From: Thermoanaerobaculia bacterium
GTDB taxonomy: Bacteria > Acidobacteriota > Thermoanaerobaculia > UBA5066 > Gp7-AA6
DNA: 64,000 bases
Assembly: GCA_038239305.1 (NCBI GenBank)
Contig: JBBSEW010000013.1
Span: 4,245-68,244, forward strand
Direction of reading: 5' to 3'
In this document: piece by piece, positions 57,350-64,000 of the stretch
Numbering within the stretch: the first letter of the stretch is position 1
How the letters are laid out: each line of letters begins with the position of its first letter
The notes under the pieces: model-generated
Database searches by the model: none
The model's input: the letters and a program-made list of their open reading frames with translations, nothing else
What the model was told of the DNA's origin: nothing
Made by a program: the position numbers and the translations under genes

Positions 57350-58167
57350 GGGCCGATTGTAGTCGCGGACCGGTGCCGGCCGACCCGCAGATCCAGTTCC
57401 CAATGGATCGTCCGGGGGCTCGCCGGATCCCCCCAGGCCTCGGCGAGCGGCTTCTCGATCCGGGACAACGGGTCCTGGCCCCGCGCCGCGAGATAGCGGC
57501 GCGTCGCCGACCATGTCCGGATGTAGCCGGAGAGCTCCGGGAGCGTCCAGTGTTTCTCCATGGAGAAGGGCGGGGGGTCGACTCCGATCTCGATTTCGAT
57601 ATCTTCAAAGGGAAACTCGAGCTCCCGGTACCCCCGCTCCACCAGCGCCCTCTCGGCGGGCCAGTAAGGACCGACGACGTCGAAGTAGAACTCCCGGACG
57701 ACATGGTCGATCTCGGCGGTCGAGTGAAAGAGGTCGTAGTTCCAGAACGCCACGACGCCCTGCGGCACCAGGACGCGACGCGCCTCCACCCAGAACCGAT
57801 CCCGATCGAACCAGTGGAGCGCCTGGGCCACGGTCACGAGATCCACCGATCCATCCGGCAGAGGCGCGCTCTCCGCGGTTGCGACGGCATAGAGAACGCG
57901 CGGATGAGGGGCCGCCTCGTCGACCTGGCGCGCACTGGCGTCCGTCGCGATGACTCGCTCGAAACGCGATGCGAGCGGAACAGCAGCCTGTCCGCTGCCC
58001 GTCGCGCAATCCCAGGCGAGCCTCCTTCGCGGCGAAAGCTCCGCGAGGTAGTCGAACAGGGCCGGCGGATAGTCGGGCCGGTAGCGCGCGTAGTCGGACG
58101 CGTGGCCGGAGAAGTGATCCGGAAACTCGGAGGAGGCCGGCGGTTGCGGTTGCGGAGGACGGGGCAC
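57346..58167 (-). CDS. class I SAM-dependent methyltransferase
   Basis: ..AWDCATGSGQAA.. (motif I)..DLVTVAQALHWFD.. GGAGA RBS before the GTG start. Confidence 0.7.
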   Translation of the reverse strand: MPRPPQPQPPASSEFPDHFSGHASDYARYRPDYPPALFDYLAELSPRRRLAWDCATGSGQAAVPLASRFERVIATDASARQVDEAAPHPRVLYAVATAESAPLPDGSVDLVTVAQALHWFDRDRFWVEARRVLVPQGVVAFWNYDLFHSTAEIDHVVREFYFDVVGPYWPAERALVERGYRELEFPFEDIEIEIGVDPPPFSMEKHWTLPELSGYIRTWSATRRYLAARGQDPLSRIEKPLAEAWGDPASPRTIHWELDLRVGRHRSATTIGP

Positions 58168-58189
58168 GAAAGTTCTCCGGTGGCGAGTC

Positions 58190-58195
58190 TATAAT
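58190..58195 (+). promoter_or_regulatory. candidate -10 box TATAAT, 6 nt upstream of GTG 58202 (leaderless-type arrangement)
   Basis: gtcTATAATcgccgcGTGgcc, with no Shine-Dalgarno. The whole divergent spacer is only 34 nt. Confidence 0.35.
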
Positions 58196-58201
58196 CGCCG
58201 C

Positions 58202-58690
58202 GTGGCCGCTCTCGAACCCGGGGTTTCCTTCCCGCCGATCTCTCTCTTCGATTCCGCAGCGGAAGGCAGCCCCATGCCGGTGCCGGCGGGCCCGACGCTC
58301 TACGCATTTTTCAAGACCACCTGTCCGACCTGCGTCCTGACCTGGCCCTATCTCGAGCGGGTCCGGGCGCTGTCCGTTGGAGGCGCCCTCCGCGTCATCG
58401 CCGTCTCGCAGGACGATCCGGCCGTTACTCGGGCCTTCAACGACCGGCTGGGGTCGCATGTCGACACCGTCTATGACCCGCGGCCCTGGAGGGCGTCGGA
58501 TGCCGTCGGCCTGACCAACGTGCCGACGCTCTTCCTGGTGGGTGACGACGGGAGAATTCGCGACACGGTCGTCGGGTTTCAGAAGAAGAAGCTCGAAGAG
58601 CTCGGCCGGATCGCCGCGGAAGGCACCGGTCAGGAGGGTACGCCCGTGTTCCGGCCCGAGGACGGCGTCCCCGAATTCAAACCCGGGTGA
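58202..58690 (+). CDS. thioredoxin-fold protein (TlpA/redoxin-like, CPTC active site)
   Basis: ..PTLYAFFKTTCPTCVLTWPYL..VIAVSQDD..VPTLFLVGDDGRI.. Confidence 0.65.
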   Translation: MAALEPGVSFPPISLFDSAAEGSPMPVPAGPTLYAFFKTTCPTCVLTWPYLERVRALSVGGALRVIAVSQDDPAVTRAFNDRLGSHVDTVYDPRPWRASDAVGLTNVPTLFLVGDDGRIRDTVVGFQKKKLEELGRIAAEGTGQEGTPVFRPEDGVPEFKPG

Positions 58691-58735
58691 GACTCGCACA
58701 ACGCCGGCAGTTAGCCGGGCAAGAAAGGTTTCCCG

Positions 58736-60307
58736 ATGCCCAAGGCGCAAACGCCTGACAACCGGCCCTCAACCCTCGGCGCTCTTCGCGACGCGGGGTA
58801 TCGGTCGCGCACGGTCAAAGACGAGCTTCGCGAGAATCTCCGCCACGCCCTTTCGGAGGGCGAGAACCCGTTCGAGGGAATCCATGGATACGAACGGACC
58901 GTGCTTCCCTCCCTCCACAACGCGATCCTTTCGCGGCACGATCTGCTCCTCCTGGGCCTGCGCGGACAGGCCAAGACGCGCCTCCTGCGGATGCTCGTCC
59001 GCCTCCTCGACCCCGAGATCCCGGTCATTGCGGGAAGCGAGCTGAATGAAGACCCTCTCGAGCCGATCACGAAGTACGGCCGGCGCATCGTCGCGGAAAA
59101 GGGCGATGCGACCCCGATCTCATGGCTCCCGCGCGCGGAGCGATACCGGGAGAAGCTCGCGACGCCCGACGTCACGATCGCCGATCTGATCGGAGACGTG
59201 GATCCGATCAAGGCCGCGACGGAGCGGCGCTCTTACTCGGACGAGGAAGTCATTCACTACGGGATCGTGCCGCGCACGAATCGCGGGATCTTCGCGATCA
59301 ACGAGCTGCCGGACCTGCAACCCCGCATCCAGGTAGGGCTCCTGAACATCCTCGAGGAGCGCGACCTGCAGATCCGTGGATTTCCCATCCGGATCCCGCT
59401 CGACATCCTTCTCGTCTTCTCCGCGAACCCGGAGGACTACACGAACCGCGGCAACATCATCACGCCGCTGAAGGACCGGATTTCGTCCCAGATCCTGACG
59501 CATTACCCCGAAGACGTGAAGACGGCGGCGAAGATCACCGGCCAGGAGGCCTGGACGAATCGGCCGGGAGAGCCGAAGATCGAGGTCCCGGACTTCTTCC
59601 GGGAGCTCATCGAGGAAGTCGCCTTCGCCGCGCGCCAGAGCGAGTTCGTCGACCAGTCGTCCGGCGTTTCGGCGCGCATGCCCATCTCGGCGATCGAGAT
59701 CCTCGCGTCGAACCTCGAGCGGCGCGGCCTGCGGCACAAGGAGGCGACAGTCGCCCCGCGACTCTGCGATCTGCCGGCGTGCCTCCCCGCCATTACCGGC
59801 AAGGTCGAGATGGTGTACGAGGGCGAGCAGCAGGGCTCCGAAGTGGTGGCGAAGAAACTGATCGGCATGGCCGTGAAGAAGCTCTTCGATGCGAAGTTCC
59901 CCGCCCCCGACTCGGGCCGCCCGACGCAGCGCAAACGCGAGGAACCCGAGGAGATCGGGGACGAGCCCACGCCGACGCCGCGCCGGCGAACGGCCCCGCC
60001 GGCGCCCGAAAAGATCCATCCGCTCTACGAACCGATCGCCGAGTGGTTCGCCAACGGAGGAAAAGTGACAGTCTCCGACGACACGCCGTTCGCGGAACAC
60101 CTCGCATCTCTCGACGCCGTTCCGGGCCTGCGCAAAGCGGTCGAGGAGCGATTCGCTCCGTCGTCGCCGGAAGAGCTCGCCGTCGGAATGGAGCTGGTGC
60201 TCGAGGGCCTCACGCAACACCTGAAAATCGCTCGCGAGGATCTCGACTCGCGCGTCTCGTACGCGGAGATGTTGAAGTTCAATCTCGTGCGGGCGAGGTC
60301 GAACTGA
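58736..60307 (+). CDS. ChlI/BchI-like AAA+ ATPase (non-photosynthetic, uncharacterised subfamily)
   Basis: Walker A GLRGQAKT, Walker B-like IFAINELPDL, then ..VGLLNILEERDLQIRGFPIRIPLDILLVFSANPEDYTNRGNIITPLKDR.. resembles the Mg-chelatase I-subunit core. Long Pro/Glu-rich C-terminal extension. Confidence 0.65.
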   Translation: MPKAQTPDNRPSTLGALRDAGYRSRTVKDELRENLRHALSEGENPFEGIHGYERTVLPSLHNAILSRHDLLLLGLRGQAKTRLLRMLVRLLDPEIPVIAGSELNEDPLEPITKYGRRIVAEKGDATPISWLPRAERYREKLATPDVTIADLIGDVDPIKAATERRSYSDEEVIHYGIVPRTNRGIFAINELPDLQPRIQVGLLNILEERDLQIRGFPIRIPLDILLVFSANPEDYTNRGNIITPLKDRISSQILTHYPEDVKTAAKITGQEAWTNRPGEPKIEVPDFFRELIEEVAFAARQSEFVDQSSGVSARMPISAIEILASNLERRGLRHKEATVAPRLCDLPACLPAITGKVEMVYEGEQQGSEVVAKKLIGMAVKKLFDAKFPAPDSGRPTQRKREEPEEIGDEPTPTPRRRTAPPAPEKIHPLYEPIAEWFANGGKVTVSDDTPFAEHLASLDAVPGLRKAVEERFAPSSPEELAVGMELVLEGLTQHLKIAREDLDSRVSYAEMLKFNLVRARSN

Positions 60308-60310
60308 AGA

Positions 60311-60432
60311 CGTTTTCGGTTATCAGTTGTCAGTGTGATTTCGAGCGGCTTTGCGAACAGGCGAAAGAATTCCAGAGAGTGACAAACAGCCGGATCCAGA
60401 AACTGAAAACTGATAACCGATGACTGAAAACG
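60311..60432 (+). other. nested inverted-repeat spacer (candidate structured RNA / MITE-like remnant) overlapping the hpcH start codon
   Basis: Left arm CGTTTTCGGTTATCAGTT (60311-60328) pairs with the right arm AACTGATAACCG-atgact-GAAAACG (60408-60432). Inner pairs are CGGCT..AGCCG and GTTGTCAGTG..GAGTGACAAAC. Visibly lower GC. Confidence 0.5.
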
Positions 60433-61193
60433 GCTTTCGCTCCCAAGCTCTCTCCGGCGAAACGCTCGGATGTTTCTTAACCTGGCCGGTCCAGGGACTC
60501 CCCGAGGTTCTCGCTCTCGCCGATTTCGACTTCGTCGTGATCGACGCGGAGCATGGGTTCTTCTCCATCGAGTCCATCGAGAACATGGTGCGAGCGGCCG
60601 ATGGCGCGGGCCTGCCTTCGATCGTCCGGGTGCCTTCATGCCCTGCGGCCGAGGTCGGCCGATCTCTCGACGCGGGCTCGGCCGGAATCCTCTTCCCGCG
60701 CGGTGAGAGCGCGGCTCAAATTGCTTCCGGCGTCGAGACCGCGAAGTTTCCGCCGCTCGGCAAGCGCGGGCTCGCAGGGGTCCGGGCCAATCGCTACGGA
60801 TCGGTCCCGCTCGACCGGTTCGTCCGCGAGGCCAACGACTCGACGATCGTCATTGCGCAGATCGAGACGAAGGGGGCGCTCTCCGAGCTCGAGGCGATCG
60901 CGGCGCTCGAGGGCGTCGATGTTCTCTATGTCGGCCCGAACGACCTCACGCAGGCGCTCGGAATTCCGGGCCGCTACGCCGAGCCCGCTTACCAGCAGGC
61001 GCTCGCGCGCATCGCAGCGGCGGCAAGGGCGAAAGGCAAGACGGCCGGCATCATGCTGGCCCGCGCCGACCAGATTCCGCCGCTGCGCGAAATGGGCTAC
61101 CGATTCTTCACGATGAGCGACCGGACTCTCATCCTCGAGTCCGCCCGCGCCTGGCGCGCGGCTCTTTCGACCGGCTCCCCGGCTCCGGCCTGA
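60420..61193 (+). CDS. HpcH/HpaI-family aldolase
   Basis: ..DFDFVVIDAEHG..IVRVP.. and ..IAQIETKGALSELEAIAALEGVDVLYVGPNDL.. are typical of 2-keto-3-deoxy-acid aldolases. Confidence 0.75.
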   Translation: MTENGFRSQALSGETLGCFLTWPVQGLPEVLALADFDFVVIDAEHGFFSIESIENMVRAADGAGLPSIVRVPSCPAAEVGRSLDAGSAGILFPRGESAAQIASGVETAKFPPLGKRGLAGVRANRYGSVPLDRFVREANDSTIVIAQIETKGALSELEAIAALEGVDVLYVGPNDLTQALGIPGRYAEPAYQQALARIAAAARAKGKTAGIMLARADQIPPLREMGYRFFTMSDRTLILESARAWRAALSTGSPAPA

Positions 61194-61203
61194 CGAAACA
61201 ACC

Positions 61204-62289
61204 ATGCGCTACCGGTACTCCGACTATCCCGTCGACCTCCTGAGGGGGCTCCTGACGTACCAGGAGCTCGTGAAGCTTTTCCTGCAGATCGTGCTGCAGA
61301 CCGGAGGAGACGTCGAAGAGGCGCTGAACTGGATGAAATATCTCCAGGAGCGCGGGATGATCGACGAGAACATCGACCTCGACGCGTTCCGCCAGGAGCT
61401 TCAGAAGAGCGAGATCGTCGAGGATCGCGGCGGCTCTCTCGCGCTCTCGTCAGCCGGCGAGCGCCGCATACGCCGGTCCGCCCTGGAGGAAGTCTTCACC
61501 TCGCTCTCCAAGTCCGGACCGGGGTATCACGCGGTCCCGCGCTCGGGCGGAGGGGGCGAGCTCCTGCCGGAAACGCGGGCATACGAATTCGGCGACAACC
61601 CCACCGCGATCGACGGGATCCGCACGATCGGCAATGCCGTCCGGCGCGACTCCGTGGACATTTCCCTCCAGCCCGAAGACTTCGAGGTCCACGAGGAAGA
61701 GCACCTGACGTCGTGCGCGACCGTGCTCGCAATCGACATCTCGCACTCGATGATCCTCTACGGCGAGGACCGCTTCACTCCGGCGAAGAAAGTCGCTCTC
61801 GCCATGGTCGAGCTCATCCAGTCGAAGTACCCGAAGGACTCGATCGACGTCCTCCTCTTCGGCGACGACGCGAAGCGGGTGCCGATCTCCGAAATCTCCA
61901 AGACGATGGTGGGCCCGTACCATACGAACACGCGCGCCGGTCTCGCGCTCGCGCGGAAGCTGCTCGTCCACCGCAAGAACCCGAACAAGCAGATTTTCCT
62001 GATCACGGATGGAAAGCCGTCCGCGATCTGGGAGCACGGGCGCCTCTACAAGAATCCCTTCGGTCTCGACCTCAAGATCGTCAACCGCACGCTGGAGGAA
62101 GCCGACGCCTGCCGACGCGACGGGATCACAATCACCACGTTCATGATCGCGACCGACGCCTACCTCGTCGATTTCGTCGACAAGCTGACGAAGATCAACC
62201 GCGGCCGCGCTTACTACGCGTCGCCCTACAACCTCGCGGAGTTTCTCTTCACCGACTACATCCGGAACCGCAAGAAGTTCTTCCACTAG
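61204..62289 (+). CDS. vWA-domain protein (partner type of ChlI-like/MoxR-like ATPases)
   Basis: The C-terminal half has a MIDAS-like motif (AIDISHSM) and ..IFLITDGKPSA..TTFMIA.. The N-terminal ~170 aa is an unassigned helical region. Confidence 0.7.
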   Translation: MRYRYSDYPVDLLRGLLTYQELVKLFLQIVLQTGGDVEEALNWMKYLQERGMIDENIDLDAFRQELQKSEIVEDRGGSLALSSAGERRIRRSALEEVFTSLSKSGPGYHAVPRSGGGGELLPETRAYEFGDNPTAIDGIRTIGNAVRRDSVDISLQPEDFEVHEEEHLTSCATVLAIDISHSMILYGEDRFTPAKKVALAMVELIQSKYPKDSIDVLLFGDDAKRVPISEISKTMVGPYHTNTRAGLALARKLLVHRKNPNKQIFLITDGKPSAIWEHGRLYKNPFGLDLKIVNRTLEEADACRRDGITITTFMIATDAYLVDFVDKLTKINRGRAYYASPYNLAEFLFTDYIRNRKKFFH

Positions 62290-62442
62290 AGACGTTTCAG
62301 CGTTCGTCCACGAAACGGGACCGTATTCTCCCCAAGCTTGAGGTTTCGTAAACGCGGGCGATTGTCCGGGTTCCGGCGCTAGAGTCGGTCCAGTCAACCG
62401 ATCATCCGATTCGACACCTCGCTTTTTCGCAGGAGAAGACCG

Positions 62443-64000
62443 ATGCGCCGAGCCGCCGTCATCGCTGGCCTCGCTTTTTTCGCCCTTCTCGCCGCCGCGC
62501 CCGCCCGCGCCAACTTCCACCTCATCAAGGTGGTCGAGGTCTTCACCGGGACGGAGGCGGCACCGGACGCCCAGTACATCGTCCTCCAGGCATATGCGCT
62601 CGGCCAGAACGTGCTCACCGGCCATTCGGTTCAGGTCTACGACACGAACGGAAATCTCGTCCCGGGCGGCACATTCGCGTTCACGAGCACGGTCGCCAAC
62701 AGCTCGGACCAGATGACCGTTCTGCTCGCCACTCCGGCCGCTCAGACGTTCTTCAACATGAGCGCGGACATGACGATCTCGGCCATCCTCCCGCCGGGCG
62801 GCGGAAAGGTCTGCTGGAACTCGCTGACGCCGGCGTGCGTCGCCTGGGGAGGCTATTCGGGTCCGTCCGCCGGAGTCGGCACGCCGATCAATGGACCGCG
62901 CGGAATTCCTCCCGGAAAGTCCATCCATCGCCGGCTGGACATCTGCCTCGGACCGACGAACCTGGACTCGTGCGACGACACCGGGTCGAGCGCGAACGAC
63001 TTTACGATCGGAGCCCCCACGCCCCGCAACAATTTCGGGACGGCCGGAACGACTCCCTCCTCGTCCTGCTCCAACTCGACGCTCGAGGGCCTCGAGGGGT
63101 GCGACGACGGGAACGGCTCAAACGGGGATGGCTGCTCCTCCGTGTGCCTGGTGGAATCGGCGACCTTCTCTCCGCAGACGCTGGCCGTGGACCCGGTCGC
63201 GACGTCCGCCTCCGATGGCAACGGGGTCTTTGAGCCGGGCGAGACCGTCTTCGTTCAGCCCTCCTGGAAGAACCTCAAGACGAGCTCCCTGCCTCTGCGA
63301 GGATTCGTCTCCGGCTGGACCTCCGGCCTGGCCGCGACGTACACGGTTTTGGACGGCGAGGCCCGTTATGGCGTGCTCGCGGGAGGCGCGACGGCAAGCT
63401 GCACGCCCGGAACGGGCCGGTGCCCCCAGGTCGGGATCGCGCTGTCCACGAGGCCGCAGACTCACATCGACATCCCGCTGGTCGAAGTCCTCTCCAACGG
63501 CGACACCGCCACCTGGCCGATTCACGTGGGCCTGAGCTTTCCCGACGTGCCGAAGACCGCCGGCTTCTACCGCTTCGTCGAGACCCTCCTTCACCGGGGA
63601 GTCACCGCCGGCTGCGCCGCCGGCAACTACTGCCCCTCCGATGCCGTGACGCGCGGGCAGATGGCCGTATTCCTGCTCGTCTCGAAGGAGGGATCCGGAT
63701 ACACGCCGCCCGCCTGCACCACGGCGACCTTCGGCGACGTTCCGTGCTCGAGCGGCTTCGCGCGGTGGGTGGACGAGCTCGCGGCGCGGGGCGTCACGGC
63801 GGGATGCGGCGGCGGCAACTACTGCCCGGCGACCGCCGTCACCCGGGCGCAGATGGCGGTTTTTCTCCTCGTGACGAAAGAGGGCTCCGCTTACGTGCCT
63901 CCTCCCTGCGTCACGGCGCCGTTTCCCGACGTTCCGTGCGCGAGCGGGTTTGCGAAATGGGTGCAGGAGCTCGTCGCGCGAGGCATCACCGCCGGTTGCG
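62443..64000 (+). CDS. secreted multidomain protein: signal peptide, lamin-tail-like domain, Cys-rich CDDGN..DGCS repeat, three or more SLH-like repeats; 3' end cut by window edge
   Basis: Absent from the ORF track because it has no stop in the window. My translation from ATG 62443 (AGGAG RBS): MRRAAVIAGLAFFALLAAAPARA.., ..IKVVEVFTGTEAAPDAQYIVLQ.., ..CDDGNGSNGDGCSSVC.., and repeated F(P/G)DVP..F..V..L..RG(V/I)TAGC..GNYCP..AVTR.QMAVFLL. Confidence 0.7.
   Translation, partial: MRRAAVIAGLAFFALLAAAPARANFHLIKVVEVFTGTEAAPDAQYIVLQAYALGQNVLTGHSVQVYDTNGNLVPGGTFAFTSTVANSSDQMTVLLATPAAQTFFNMSADMTISAILPPGGGKVCWNSLTPACVAWGGYSGPSAGVGTPINGPRGIPPGKSIHRRLDICLGPTNLDSCDDTGSSANDFTIGAPTPRNNFGTAGTTPSSSCSNSTLEGLEGCDDGNGSNGDGCSSVCLVESATFSPQTLAVDPVATSASDGNGVFEPGETVFVQPSWKNLKTSSLPLRGFVSGWTSGLAATYTVLDGEARYGVLAGGATASCTPGTGRCPQVGIALSTRPQTHIDIPLVEVLSNGDTATWPIHVGLSFPDVPKTAGFYRFVETLLHRGVTAGCAAGNYCPSDAVTRGQMAVFLLVSKEGSGYTPPACTTATFGDVPCSSGFARWVDELAARGVTAGCGGGNYCPATAVTRAQMAVFLLVTKEGSAYVPPPCVTAPFPDVPCASGFAKWVQELVARGITAGC

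Overview
GC-rich bacterial chromosomal window. Third codon positions are almost all G/C, and long antisense shadow ORFs run opposite nearly every real gene. I recognised no rRNA, tRNA, CRISPR, transposase, integrase or phage genes. The coding content is core metabolism:
- three Liv/HAAT-type ABC importers
- a bdhA-like SDR and aguA/aguB (agmatine to putrescine)
- a LysR regulator divergent from a frameshifted gltB
- thrA-thrB-thrC
- aceB-glcD-glcE-glcF, ending in a sigma54 activator
- a CUT1-type ABC system whose two permeases carry extra periplasmic inserts
- two adenylate-forming CoA ligases
- an FdnGHI-type formate dehydrogenase cluster (fdhD, fdnG with in-frame UGA plus hairpin, fdnH, fdnI, fdhE)
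- moaA, a ChlI-like AAA+/vWA pair split by an HpcH aldolase, and a secreted LTD/Cys-repeat/SLH protein running off the 3' edge

The unusual signals are mostly non-coding:
1. Almost every spacer longer than about 60 nt holds tandem arrays of 6-8 nt words, each array using a different word.
2. A CCCTCTCCC-NNN-GGGAGAGGG hairpin family occurs four times.
3. A 200-230 bp composite element occurs as inverted twins 43.7 kb apart.
4. A near-consensus sigma54 promoter drives a small exported protein, next to an activator whose receiver lacks the phospho-acceptor Asp.
5. Two to three genes show a -10 box followed directly by a GTG start (leaderless-type).
6. A roughly 600 nt lower-GC orphan region lies downstream of the fdh cluster.
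7. A nested inverted-repeat spacer overlaps the hpcH start codon.

All functional calls rest on my own reading of the translated sequence; no database search was run.
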